A DNA stretch of 64,000 nucleotides from assembly GCA_016711605.1 (NCBI GenBank), contig JADJSS010000004.1, positions 2,320 to 66,319 on the forward strand, given 5' to 3'. Shown one piece after another: positions 47,646 to 57,509 of the stretch (the stretch's first letter is position 1; every line of letters starts with the position of its first letter). This stretch comes from Saprospirales bacterium (GTDB taxonomy: Bacteria; Bacteroidota; Bacteroidia; Chitinophagales; JADIYW01). A program made the position numbers and the translations under genes. Under the pieces are notes generated by a model, which was given only the letters and a program-made list of their open reading frames with translations, was not told the origin of the DNA and did not search any database.

Positions 47646-50110
47646 TGAAAGTTTTAAAATTTGGCGGCTCGTCTGTAGGTTCAATCGAAAATATTCACCG
47701 TATTATCGGTATTGTAAGAAGTGAAATCGAACAAGGAAATGAAGTCGTATTAGTGTGTTCGGCTTTTTCTAAAGTGACCGATCAGCTCATCAACGCAGGT
47801 AAATTAGCAGAAAAAAAAGATAACGTAACTTATTTAGAAATCTTTGAAAGTTTTAAAGAACGCCATCGCGCAGCCATCGAAGCACTCGTTACCAAAAAAG
47901 AAATTTTTGATGTAATGATGGAAGAGTTTGACGAAAGCATGATTCGCGTAGAAGATATTTTAAAAGGCATCAATTTATTAGGTGAATTATCTGAAAAGAC
48001 ATTAGCGCAACTGGTTTCATTTGGCGAACGTTTTTCATCATTCATTGTAGCAGGCGCTTTGCGCAATGCAGATTTAAATGGCATCTATGTAAACGCTACC
48101 AAACTCGTACGCACCGATTCCAACTTTCTTTCAGCAAAAGTAAATTTTGATAAAACCAACAAGAATATTCTCGATTTTTTCGAAGCTGTAAATGGCATTG
48201 CTTGTATTACAGGTTTTATAGGATTTGATGACTTCAACAATGTTACCACGTTAGGTCGTGGCGGCTCTGATTACACTGCAGCTATTTTTGGCGCAGCGTT
48301 AAAAGCTGATGTTATTGAAATCTGGACAGATGTGGATGGTGTGTTGACAGCAGATCCAAGACGTGTAGAGCAAGCATTTACGGTTCCAATGTTGTCGTAC
48401 AAAGAAGCAATGGAATTGTCGCATTTCGGTGCAAAAGTTATCTATCCACCAACTATTCAACCTGCGTATATCAAGAATATACCGTTAGTTATAAAGAATA
48501 CGTTTAATCCATCGCATCCTGGAACGTATATTTCAAAAGATGTTGGAAAATCGAATAACGTCATCAAAGGAATTTCTTCCATTTCTGATATTTCTGTGTT
48601 AAGAATGGAAGGCACCGGAATGGTTGGTGTAGTTGGTATTGCGTCGCGTTTGTTTGGTACCTTGTCGCGATCAGCTATCAATATTATTTTCCTGACGCAA
48701 GGTTCATCAGAACATTCTATTTGTTTTGGTATTGTTCCAGGCGATGTGAAAAAAGCACAAAAAGCAGTAGAAGAAGAGTTTCGTTTTGAAATTCAAAATC
48801 GCCAAATTGCGCCGTTGGTGATTGAAACCAATAATACGATTATTGCTGTGATTGGTGAAAATATGTCGAACGTTCCTGGTGTTTCTGCTAAAATGTTTAA
48901 AGCATTAGGCAACAACGGTATCAACGTAAAAGCTATTGCGCAAGGTTCTTCGGAATTAAATATTACTGCAGTGATTGATCGTCACAACGAAGCAAAAGCA
49001 TTGAATGCATTACACGAAATTTTCTTTGAAAATGATGTACATTCTATCAATGTATTTTTGGTTGGACCAACTGGTTTAATTGGCAAAACGTTGTTGAATC
49101 AAATCCAAAATCAGTTTGATTATTTGAAAAAAGAAAAATCAATTCAGATAAATGTTACAGGTATTATCAACTCTAAAAAAATGTTGATTGATAGCAATGG
49201 AATTGATGTTGCTAACTGGCAAACTATATTAGATGAAAAAGGTGAGGACTCTAATTTGGTTTCGTTCACTAATAAAATGATTGACTTAAATTTTGCGAAT
49301 GCAGTATTTGTGGATTGTTCTGCAAGTAAGCATGTAGTTGAGTTTTATGAGCGCATTTTGAAGAAAAGTGTCAACATCGTTACACCAAATAAAATTGCAA
49401 ATACACTAAGTCAAGACAAGTATATTTTGCTGCGAGAATTAGCAAAAAAATCGAATGCACATTTCATGTACGAAACCAATGTTGGCGCAGGTTTGCCAAT
49501 AATTGGAGTGTTGCAATCATTAATGAATTCTGGTGATAAAATATTAAAAATTGAAGCAGTTTTATCAGGAACTTTATCGTTCATTTTTAATACTTACAAA
49601 GGTGATTTGAAATTCTCAGATGTAGTATTAGATGCAAAAGCAAAAGGATTCACTGAACCAGATCCACGCGACGATTTATCAGGTTTAGATGTGGCACGCA
49701 AAGCATTAATTCTTTCTCGTGACAGTGGTGCAAAAATGGAATTAGAAGAAATTCATGTAGAAAATTTAGTACCTGAAAATTTACGTGAACTCGATGTGAA
49801 AACATTTTTAGAACGTTTACCAGAAGTAGATGCACAGTACGAACAATTAAAAAAAGATGCAGAAGCGAACGGAAATGTAATGCGTTATATGGCTGTGATT
49901 GAAGACGGAAAAGTACAAATCGCATTAAAGCAAGTCGATACTCAACATCCATTTTATAATTTAAGTGGTAGCGATAACATGATTGTTTTTACAACAGCGC
50001 GATATAAAAACAATCCGTTGGTCATTAAAGGACCTGGTGCTGGCGCAGAAGTAACAGCAGCAGGCGTTTTCGCTGAAATTATTACGATAGGAAATTATAT
50101 GGCTAATTAG
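47645..50110 (+). CDS. thrA: Bifunctional aspartokinase / homoserine dehydrogenase I
   Basis: It starts MKVLKFGGSSVGS (aspartokinase), has ACT-domain regions and a C-terminal homoserine dehydrogenase (VFLVGPTGLIGKT ... GPGAGAEVTAAGV). It is 821 aa long. Confidence 0.95.
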   Translation: MKVLKFGGSSVGSIENIHRIIGIVRSEIEQGNEVVLVCSAFSKVTDQLINAGKLAEKKDNVTYLEIFESFKERHRAAIEALVTKKEIFDVMMEEFDESMIRVEDILKGINLLGELSEKTLAQLVSFGERFSSFIVAGALRNADLNGIYVNATKLVRTDSNFLSAKVNFDKTNKNILDFFEAVNGIACITGFIGFDDFNNVTTLGRGGSDYTAAIFGAALKADVIEIWTDVDGVLTADPRRVEQAFTVPMLSYKEAMELSHFGAKVIYPPTIQPAYIKNIPLVIKNTFNPSHPGTYISKDVGKSNNVIKGISSISDISVLRMEGTGMVGVVGIASRLFGTLSRSAINIIFLTQGSSEHSICFGIVPGDVKKAQKAVEEEFRFEIQNRQIAPLVIETNNTIIAVIGENMSNVPGVSAKMFKALGNNGINVKAIAQGSSELNITAVIDRHNEAKALNALHEIFFENDVHSINVFLVGPTGLIGKTLLNQIQNQFDYLKKEKSIQINVTGIINSKKMLIDSNGIDVANWQTILDEKGEDSNLVSFTNKMIDLNFANAVFVDCSASKHVVEFYERILKKSVNIVTPNKIANTLSQDKYILLRELAKKSNAHFMYETNVGAGLPIIGVLQSLMNSGDKILKIEAVLSGTLSFIFNTYKGDLKFSDVVLDAKAKGFTEPDPRDDLSGLDVARKALILSRDSGAKMELEEIHVENLVPENLRELDVKTFLERLPEVDAQYEQLKKDAEANGNVMRYMAVIEDGKVQIALKQVDTQHPFYNLSGSDNMIVFTTARYKNNPLVIKGPGAGAEVTAAGVFAEIITIGNYMAN

Positions 50111-50180
50111 TACATCGTAATTAGTAATGCGTATTACGATATTTATCTAAATACGCACTACGCATTACTCAATACATAAA
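50111..50180. repeat. Two heptamer arrays with mutually complementary words in the thrA-thrB spacer
   Basis: The first array is tacatcg taattag taatgcg tattacg. The second is acgcact acgcatt actcaat acataaa. The word agtaatgcgta can pair with tacgcattact, and gcgtatt can pair with aatacgc. Confidence 0.65.
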
Positions 50181-50183
50181 GAA

Positions 50184-51131
50184 ATGAAAATAGGAAACAG
50201 AATCAAAGTCTTCGCACCGGCAACCGTAGCTAATGTAGCTTGTGGATTTGATGTATTAGGGTTTGCAATCGACAAACCTGGTGATGAACTCATCATGGAA
50301 CTCACATCAGAAAAAGGTGTGGTGATTGTTGATATTGAAGGTGATGGTGGTGTGTTGCCTCGCGATGCGAAAAAGAATTCTGCTACAGTAGCTATTCAAG
50401 ATTATTTGAATTATATAAACGCAGATTTTGGCTGTAAAATATGGTTGAAGAAAATGATGCCAAGTGGAAGTGGTTTAGGTAGTTCGGCAGCTAGTGCTGT
50501 AGCTGGTGTGTTTGCAATAAATATGTTATGCAACGAGCAGTTAACGAAAGAAGAAATGTTGCCGTTTTTATTAAACGCAGAAAAAGCTGCTTGCGATGCA
50601 GCGATTGCAGACAACGTAGCAGCGAGTTTATTTGGTGGTTTTATTTTAGTAAGAAGTTACGAGCCATTAGATATTTTACAAATTCCGGTTCCAGAAGATT
50701 TGTGGTGCGCAGTCATCAATCCGCATGTAATAGTTTTGACAAAAGATGCGCGCGAAATATTACCAAAAGATATTCCATTAGCACATTCACTTCGTCAATC
50801 TGCAAACGTTGGTGGCATCATGGTTGGTTTATTGCGTGGTGATTATGATTTAATTGGTAGAAGTTTAGTCGATTATATTGCAGAACCGTATAGAAGCAAA
50901 TTGATTCCTGGTTTTTATGAAATGAAACAAGCAGCAAAAGATGCTGGTGCGCTTGGTGGCAGCATCAGCGGTTCTGGTCCAAGTGTTTTTGCATTGTGTC
51001 ATGGAAAAGAAAATGCTTACAAAGCTGGCGATGCCATGAAACAAGTTATGAACTCCATGAATATTGGTGCTGATGTATATGTAAGTAAAGTCAATAACCA
51101 AGGTCCCAAAGTGTTGCCATTTGGTGAGTAG
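50184..51131 (+). CDS. thrB: Homoserine kinase
   Basis: It has the GHMP kinase motif PSGSGLGSSAASAVAG and is 315 aa long. Confidence 0.9.
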   Translation: MKIGNRIKVFAPATVANVACGFDVLGFAIDKPGDELIMELTSEKGVVIVDIEGDGGVLPRDAKKNSATVAIQDYLNYINADFGCKIWLKKMMPSGSGLGSSAASAVAGVFAINMLCNEQLTKEEMLPFLLNAEKAACDAAIADNVAASLFGGFILVRSYEPLDILQIPVPEDLWCAVINPHVIVLTKDAREILPKDIPLAHSLRQSANVGGIMVGLLRGDYDLIGRSLVDYIAEPYRSKLIPGFYEMKQAAKDAGALGGSISGSGPSVFALCHGKENAYKAGDAMKQVMNSMNIGADVYVSKVNNQGPKVLPFGE

Positions 51132-51134
51132 GAA

Positions 51135-51725
51135 TTACCAGATTTTCCACCAAGGTTTTTCTTTTTTTATAATTTCTGGTTTTAAATCTTTTAAAAAATT
51201 GTCCATATTTATTTCTCTGTTAGAAAACTGGAAAGCCATTTTCTTAAAGCAATCTGTAATATCAAAATAAATATTTTTTCCGCTGGCTGTCGTAATGCAG
51301 TCATACGATTTGTCTGCATCATTTATTAATGCTTGGCTTTCAAACACTTCTTCTAAATACGTTAAAAAATCTCTTTCATCATCAATTCTGGACACTAAAT
51401 AAGGTTGTTCCAAAGTTCCATTTCCAGTAAGTGATATTCCTTCTAAAATAGTTTGTCCGATTTGTGCTTCCAATTCTGCACCTTTTTCATCATTCAGTTT
51501 TCTGAATGCAAAACTCTTATACATGTGCGCACGAGGACTCAACAATACATTTATGTTTCCATAAAGTACTACTTCTTTAAAATTATTTTGGTGTAATAAA
51601 TTATTGATGTTTCGGATGTCTTCAGAATACGGTTCATAATCATCATGATTAATTATAAATGTGCGCAATTCTAAAAAAGATGCTTTAGTTGGTTTTTGTA
51701 TAAAATTTATGAATTGTTCTTTCAT
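51135..51725 (-). CDS. Hypothetical protein, 196 aa
   Basis: The ORF is clean, convergent with thrB and co-oriented with the acyl-CoA dehydrogenase. I have no confident family assignment. Confidence 0.5.
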   Translation of the reverse strand: MKEQFINFIQKPTKASFLELRTFIINHDDYEPYSEDIRNINNLLHQNNFKEVVLYGNINVLLSPRAHMYKSFAFRKLNDEKGAELEAQIGQTILEGISLTGNGTLEQPYLVSRIDDERDFLTYLEEVFESQALINDADKSYDCITTASGKNIYFDITDCFKKMAFQFSNREINMDNFLKDLKPEIIKKEKPWWKIW

Positions 51726-51734
51726 TTTTTTTAA

Positions 51735-52922
51735 TTAACCAAACGCATTTATTCCAGTCAAGTCCATACCTGTAATTAATAAATGTACTTCGTGCGTGCC
51801 TTCATAAGTAATCACACTTTCTAAATTCATCGCGTGGCGCATAAACGGAAAATCACCTGTGATACCCATTCCACCGCAAATTTGTCTGCATTCACGAGCC
51901 ACACGTAACGCCATTTCTACGTTGTTTCGTTTTCCCATTGATATTTGTGCAGGTGTTGCTTTACCTTCATTATTTAATTTTCCTATTTGCATCGCCAGCA
52001 ATTGCGCTTTCGATAAATCAGTCAGCATTTCAGCTAATTTTTTTTGTGTTAATTGAAATGCAGCTAATGGTTTTCCGAACTGAATTCTTTCTTTTGCATA
52101 TTCAGTTGCTGCATGTAAACAATCCATTGCGGCACCTAACACACCGAACGAAATTCCATATCTTGCAGATGATAAACAAGACAAAGGAGCTTTCAATCCA
52201 CTTGCTAACGGTAAAATATTTTCTTCTGGAATTTCTACATCTTGAAAAACCAATTCACCAGTTTTAGATGCACGCAAACTCCATTTTCCAGTAATTTCTG
52301 GTGTCGAAAAACCAGCCATGTCGCGCTCAACAATACAACCAATTATTCGGCCATCTTCATTTTTTGCCCAAACCACAGCCAAGTCGCAAATAGGTGAGGA
52401 CGTTATCCAAAGTTTTGCGCCATTCAAAATATATTTGTCACCTTTTTTTATTAATCGTGTTTCCATGCTGGATGGATCGCTGCCATGGTTCGGTTCGGTT
52501 AAACCGAAACTTCCAACAAAATCACCAGTAGCTAATTTGGGTAAAAATTTATTTTTTTGTTCTTCGCTTCCATATTTCCAAATTGGATACATTACCAGAG
52601 AACTTTGCACGCTTGCAAAACTGCGAATACCAGAATCACCGCGTTCCAATTCTTGCATAATTAAACCATAAGAAATTAAATCTAAACCACCACCACCATA
52701 TTGTGTTGGAATGTGTGGACCTAATGCACCAATTTCTCCTAATTGTTTTATCAATTCTTTTGGAAATTTATGATGTTCTGCACAATCTTCTATGATTGGA
52801 ACTACTGCTGTGTTTACCCAACTGCGAACACTTTCGCGAATTAATTTTTGTTCGTCTGTTAGTTGTTCATCTAAATTTAAATAATCAAATCCACGGAAAG
52901 AAGTTGCATATCTGTTTTGCAT
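51735..52922 (-). CDS. gcdH: Acyl-CoA dehydrogenase, glutaryl-CoA dehydrogenase-like
   Basis: It has FGLTEPNHGSDPSSMETR, a C-terminal YEGTHEVH motif and a length of 395 aa. Confidence 0.8.
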   Translation of the reverse strand: MQNRYATSFRGFDYLNLDEQLTDEQKLIRESVRSWVNTAVVPIIEDCAEHHKFPKELIKQLGEIGALGPHIPTQYGGGGLDLISYGLIMQELERGDSGIRSFASVQSSLVMYPIWKYGSEEQKNKFLPKLATGDFVGSFGLTEPNHGSDPSSMETRLIKKGDKYILNGAKLWITSSPICDLAVVWAKNEDGRIIGCIVERDMAGFSTPEITGKWSLRASKTGELVFQDVEIPEENILPLASGLKAPLSCLSSARYGISFGVLGAAMDCLHAATEYAKERIQFGKPLAAFQLTQKKLAEMLTDLSKAQLLAMQIGKLNNEGKATPAQISMGKRNNVEMALRVARECRQICGGMGITGDFPFMRHAMNLESVITYEGTHEVHLLITGMDLTGINAFG

Positions 52923-53016
52923 ACTGAATATTTTATTGATGTTAGTGTTTTTTTAATGAATCTTAAAACGATGACAAATTTAAAGAATAAAATTTACTTT
53001 TGTATAAAACAACAAT

Positions 53017-53376
53017 ATGCACAAAAAGTTATGGATAGGATTAGAAGGTATGGAATTTTATGCGCATCATGGTGTATATGATGAAGAGCGCGAAAAAGGT
53101 GGAAAATACTTGGTAGATGTGTTTGTTTACACAGATGCTACACAAGCCGAACTGAATGACGATTTAGATGGAACGGTGAATTATGAATTAATATATGAAG
53201 CTGTTTCTAAAAACATGCAAGAACCAGTAAAGTTGATAGAGTTTTTAGCAAGAAATATTATTAAAGATATTAGATTATTGATAGCAAAAGATGATTTAAT
53301 CAGAATTAAAATAAAAAAAATTAAACCACCAATAGATGGCGTTGTTGCTGCGAGTGTGGTAGATATTGAAGATTAG
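53017..53376 (+). CDS. folB: Dihydroneopterin aldolase
   Basis: It is 119 aa and reads GLEGMEFYAHHGVYDEEREKGGKYLVDV. A TACTTTTG -7 box lies at 52995-53002. Confidence 0.85.
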   Translation: MHKKLWIGLEGMEFYAHHGVYDEEREKGGKYLVDVFVYTDATQAELNDDLDGTVNYELIYEAVSKNMQEPVKLIEFLARNIIKDIRLLIAKDDLIRIKIKKIKPPIDGVVAASVVDIED

Positions 53377-53427
53377 TATTTAAAATCTACAATTATCTTA
53401 TGCTATAAAAAAAAGCACAATCAGCTA

Positions 53428-54846
53428 TTAACTGAAAATAAACTTCCATGGTTGAGCTGCTTCTAATTCCAATGCCAATTCTAGCAACAAGGCATCTTTT
53501 CCATACGGTGCAGCGAATTGAACACCAACAGGCATTCCGTTTTCTGCTTCACCTAAAGGTAGAGAAATTGCTGGTGAACCAGATATATTAAACAAAGGCA
53601 AATAAGACGCAAAGCTTGCCGCACGAACTGCTATCTCATCATAGCTTAATGAAGTTGAGAAATAACCAATTTTAGGTGTTACAATTGTAGAAACACTCGT
53701 CATAATTAAATCGTAATCTTTTTCCAGCATGGTTTCTGTTTCTTTTGCAGATTTTTTTAAAACACGTAAACTTTTTGGTAATTGAAGTTTGCTGGAACCA
53801 AATGCATTCATCAACCCTAATGTAAATGGTTCTAATTGAGATTTATCTACTGCTGAACCTAATACCAATCTTCCGAAATTATTGTTCATGTATGCCAAAA
53901 ATCCATAATAACGTAAATAGTGAACAGTTAGTTCTTCAATATCTAATGGTACTTTTATCATCTCAACAGTATGACCAAGTGATTCTAATAATTTTGCAGT
54001 TTCCTGTTGCACTCTATACGTGTCTTTGTCCATATGACCTTGTTTGTGTGCTGGTAAATTTTCGAAGAAAGCTATACGCAATCGTTTTTTAACAGGTGAT
54101 AGGATATGACCTAATCTTGGAAGTTTAGAGTTGTGATAATATTGTTCAGCAGATGCATAATAAGCTGCAGTATCTCTTACCGAACGTGTTAAAACACCTG
54201 AATAAACAATATTAACTGGTAATGTTTCTGTTCCATGCATAGGTAATAGTCGATTTCTTGTTGGTTTTAAACCAACTAAACCACAACAAGACGCTGGAAT
54301 TCGGGTCGATCCAGCTCCATCATTTGCTATTGCAATTGGAACCACACCACTTGCTACCAAAGCTCCAGAACCAGAAGATGAACCACCAGTAGTATAGTCG
54401 GTATGCCAAGGATTACGAGTGATGCCCCAACGTTCATTCTCTGTACTGCAAATAAAGCCAAATTCAGGAAGTGTACTTTTTCCTAGGCAATTTACACCAG
54501 TTGATAAAAATTGATTTACATATTTACTGTTGCTTTTTTCAATTTTTGCCTTAAAAGCACCAGTTCCTTTTTGTGTTGGATGACCTTTAATATTTTCATT
54601 ATCTTTAATAAATGCAGGAACACCGTATAAAAGTCCATTTTTAATAATATTATTAGAGTTGCGAGCCGTATCATACGTTTTTAGTACAATTGCATTCAAA
54701 GCACCATTTACTTTTTCTGCTCTGGCAATTGCAGCTTCCGTTACTTCAGCAACAGATACTGTTTTATTCTTAATTGCGGCAGCAACAGCTACAGCGTCGA
54801 GGTTGCCTAGAGCATCATCGGTGAAAGCATTGATTCGTTTGTTCAT
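53428..54846 (-). CDS. Amidase-signature family amidase
   Basis: It has the GGSSSGSGALVASG amidase-signature motif and is 472 aa long. Confidence 0.85.
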   Translation of the reverse strand: MNKRINAFTDDALGNLDAVAVAAAIKNKTVSVAEVTEAAIARAEKVNGALNAIVLKTYDTARNSNNIIKNGLLYGVPAFIKDNENIKGHPTQKGTGAFKAKIEKSNSKYVNQFLSTGVNCLGKSTLPEFGFICSTENERWGITRNPWHTDYTTGGSSSGSGALVASGVVPIAIANDGAGSTRIPASCCGLVGLKPTRNRLLPMHGTETLPVNIVYSGVLTRSVRDTAAYYASAEQYYHNSKLPRLGHILSPVKKRLRIAFFENLPAHKQGHMDKDTYRVQQETAKLLESLGHTVEMIKVPLDIEELTVHYLRYYGFLAYMNNNFGRLVLGSAVDKSQLEPFTLGLMNAFGSSKLQLPKSLRVLKKSAKETETMLEKDYDLIMTSVSTIVTPKIGYFSTSLSYDEIAVRAASFASYLPLFNISGSPAISLPLGEAENGMPVGVQFAAPYGKDALLLELALELEAAQPWKFIFS

Positions 54847-54954
54847 ATAGATTATTTTTTAGAAACAGATTTAATGTTTTGAAGTTAAAAAAAATATTGA
54901 GATTTATTGAATTTCGTTACAAATAACTTTTCAATACAAAAAATCACTAAAAAT

Positions 54955-54984
54955 TTTGTTTTAAATGAAAAATATGTAGTTTTG
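54955..54984 (+). promoter_or_regulatory. Candidate promoter for tRNA-Cys
   Basis: A TTG lies near 54955-54958. Eighteen nt later comes TAGTTTTG (54977-54984), and the tRNA starts 17 nt after that. The -7 context TTTGCACTC is shared with the tRNA-Val promoter. Confidence 0.45.
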
Positions 54985-55000
54985 CACTCCATCAAAAATT

Positions 55001-55071
55001 GGTCGGTTGGCCGAGAGGCTAGGCAAAGCTCTGCAAAAGCTTCTACGACGGTTCGAATCCGCCACCGACCT
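55001..55071 (+). tRNA. tRNA-Cys (anticodon GCA)
   Basis: The sequence is GGTCGGTTGGCCGAGAGGCTAGGCAAAGCTCTGCAAAAGCTTCTACGACGGTTCGAATCCGCCACCGACCT. It has a perfect 7-bp acceptor stem, anticodon loop CTGCAAA, T-loop TTCGAAT and discriminator U73, which is the Cys identity element. There is one A:C mismatch in the T stem. Confidence 0.9.
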
Positions 55072-55076
55072 CTTGA

Positions 55077-55108
55077 AAGTCCAAGCTTATCGCTTGGACT
55101 TTTTTTTA
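55077..55108 (+). terminator. Rho-independent terminator after tRNA-Cys
   Basis: A 10-bp perfect stem aagtccaagc/gcttggactt with a 5-nt loop is followed by a T8 run. Confidence 0.8.
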
Positions 55109-55203
55109 CTTTTTTACCGAATACTAAGTCAATAACACCGAATGATAAATATCATGTTATATGCATTGTACAATGTGTAATTTTAAATCATAAAATAAAA
55201 ATT

Positions 55204-57123
55204 ATGAAAACGAACACATTAATAAATCAAACCGTAAGAAAAAGCGTGACTAAATTAAGTCAACTTTTAGCATTGTTTTTAATTACATGTAGTGTGGCTT
55301 TTGCACAAGATTCAGCAACTACCAAACATCACTATTTTAAATTTCAAGGTAGAGTTAAAGCAGGTGCAGGCGCTGGTTTAAAATCAGTTCCTGATAAATT
55401 AGCAACGCACAATGTACAAGTTTTATCTGGTGCAGCAGTAGTTACTATTTCGCGTGATAATGACAAACAGGATTTCCTGAAATCAAAATGGGGACCGTAT
55501 GCAGGCGCCAACTTCGATTTCTATTTTCATAAAAACATTGGTTTTGGTGTCGATATCGATTATTTCAACAATAAACTAAAATATGTGGCACCAAGCGTAC
55601 TGAAAGATTTTGTTAATACGTCTTCAGATCCAAAAACAAGCTTGGTGGAATCGAACAGAAAAAACCAACAGTTGATATTTGTTGGAATTGGACCAAGTGC
55701 AAAATTATTTACGAATGATAAAATAGATGTGGATTTGAATGTGCGTGTTGGTTTAAGCCATTTAAAATTAGGTTCATTAAGTGTTGCGGTTGATGAGTTA
55801 TCTGGAAGAGCATTTAATGAACAAGATCCAAGAAAAACCATTTTAGATTACGATTATAACAAAGGAATCAATACCGTTGGTTTAAAAGTGGGCTTGTATT
55901 TTAATTATTGGTTTCATAAAAATGTTGGTATCACGGCTGGAATGGATTTTATTCATTCATTTGTTAAAACATCAACTATCACTGGCGATCCAGCATATAA
56001 GTTAGATTATCGTCGTCCGGAAGATTTTACAAAAGGAAATCTTTTACAAGAATATCAATATTTTCAACCAGCTAGCAGTTTAGATCCTTATCCAGTTTCA
56101 AAATTGTCAGTAAACCATTTAGCGCTTTCTGCAGGTGTGGTGTTTAGAGTAATTAAAGAAAAAGATACTAAAAAAGAACCGAAAAAACGCGATGAAAGCA
56201 AAGATATCATCGTGACAGTGAAAGATAAATTTACAGGAATGCCTGTTGATGAAGTAGATGTGAATTTGACTGATGAAAACGGAAAAGTAATTGCTACTAA
56301 ACGTACAGAGAAAAATGGAAAAGTAACATTTGAGAACATGCCACCAAACATTTATGGTTTAAATGGTAACCGTTTCGGCATCAAAACCACTACAGAAAGC
56401 GTTGCCAAAGCAGAATTTGAGAAAAAAGGCAATATCTACAAAGAGTTGATTTATGAAGATCCAGGTTTTATTTTGGAAGGAATTGCGTTGGAATGTGATA
56501 AAAAAGATAAAATTATGGCTGGTGTAGAAGTGGAATTGACGAACAAAGAAACAGGCAAAACAGAAAAAACGACTTCTGATGCGAATGGCAAATTCACTTT
56601 TAACCTGAAATCAAACACAGATTATACCGTTGTTGGCAGCAAAGATGGTTATTACTCTAATATTGAAGATATTACAACTAAAGGTTTGGATAGAAATAAA
56701 ACCTTATATGTGAAACTGAAATTGTGTGTAGAACAGTTGGAAGTTGGTAAAACCTTTGTGTTGCGCAATATCTACTACGATTTCGATAAATGTAATATCA
56801 GAAATGATGCATCAAAAGAATTAGATCATTTGGTAGATATCATGAAACAATACAAAAACATGACGATTGAGTTGTCATCACACACAGATCAACGTGGAAC
56901 GACAGAATACAACCAAAAACTATCACAATGCAGAGCGCAAAGTGCTATCGATTACCTAATTAAAAAAGGAATTGATAAAAATAGACTGACTGCAATTGGA
57001 TTAGGCGAAAATAAATTATTACAAGATTGTAATGGTGTAGCTGGTTGTCCAACTGACTCAAAAGGTGATTGCGACTGCCACCAAAACAACAGAAGAACTG
57101 AAGTAAAAATTATAAAAATGTAA
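55204..57123 (+). CDS. OmpA-family outer membrane protein with an N-terminal barrel-like region and CarboxypepD_reg-like repeats
   Basis: I chose the start MKTNTLINQ because it has a signal peptide (CSVAFAQ). The longer ORF-track start at 54907 overlaps tRNA-Cys. The C-terminal OmpA domain reads NIYYDFDKCNIRNDA...SSHTDQRGTTEYNQKLSQCRAQS. Confidence 0.85.
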   Translation: MKTNTLINQTVRKSVTKLSQLLALFLITCSVAFAQDSATTKHHYFKFQGRVKAGAGAGLKSVPDKLATHNVQVLSGAAVVTISRDNDKQDFLKSKWGPYAGANFDFYFHKNIGFGVDIDYFNNKLKYVAPSVLKDFVNTSSDPKTSLVESNRKNQQLIFVGIGPSAKLFTNDKIDVDLNVRVGLSHLKLGSLSVAVDELSGRAFNEQDPRKTILDYDYNKGINTVGLKVGLYFNYWFHKNVGITAGMDFIHSFVKTSTITGDPAYKLDYRRPEDFTKGNLLQEYQYFQPASSLDPYPVSKLSVNHLALSAGVVFRVIKEKDTKKEPKKRDESKDIIVTVKDKFTGMPVDEVDVNLTDENGKVIATKRTEKNGKVTFENMPPNIYGLNGNRFGIKTTTESVAKAEFEKKGNIYKELIYEDPGFILEGIALECDKKDKIMAGVEVELTNKETGKTEKTTSDANGKFTFNLKSNTDYTVVGSKDGYYSNIEDITTKGLDRNKTLYVKLKLCVEQLEVGKTFVLRNIYYDFDKCNIRNDASKELDHLVDIMKQYKNMTIELSSHTDQRGTTEYNQKLSQCRAQSAIDYLIKKGIDKNRLTAIGLGENKLLQDCNGVAGCPTDSKGDCDCHQNNRRTEVKIIKM

Positions 57124-57146
57124 GATTTCTTTAGTTTTAACTAAAA

Positions 57147-57181
57147 ACGGTTTCACTTTGGTGAGACCGTTTTTTTTTTTA
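57147..57181 (+). terminator. Rho-independent terminator after the OmpA-family gene
   Basis: The stem acggtttcac/gtgagaccgt contains one G:U pair. It has loop tttg and is followed by a T11 run. Confidence 0.8.
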
Positions 57182-57509
57182 GCATTTAAGGTATATTTGG
57201 GGGGGCCCTTTTTATTTATTGTATTATGGGGATTTGTGTTATTTTTAATTTACTTGCTTTTTTGGCAAAAAAACCTAAAAAAAAAAAAAACAGAGTAAGG
57301 GAACCGAAACCCCCGAAAAAAAACACAACAATTACCCCAACATTCCCACTTACATTTCCTCCCTTTTTTGGGGCCCCCTTCGAGCACCGCCAACACCAAA
57401 TCCCTCCCACTACATTACCTATTCCTCAAGTTTAAAATTTACGATTTGGTAACGGGAATTTGTAAAGGTTTTTTTCCATAAAAAAAAAAAATAAAATTGA
57501 TTCTCATTT

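Noticed and set aside
47645-51131. The absence of thrC after thrA-thrB as an anomaly
   Set aside because: Split thr operons are common, and thrC may lie elsewhere in the genome. The window provides no evidence of loss.
54907-55203. The N-terminal 99 codons of ORF 54907..57123
   Set aside because: This part of the ORF runs straight through tRNA-Cys (55001-55071) and its terminator. A proper start with a signal peptide exists at 55204.
57216-57435. Two overlapping ORFs (64 aa minus strand, 69 aa plus strand) in the homopolymer-rich spacer
   Set aside because: Both encode low-complexity Gly/Lys/Pro/Phe strings that come directly from the homopolymer runs. They overlap each other on opposite strands and have no start context.
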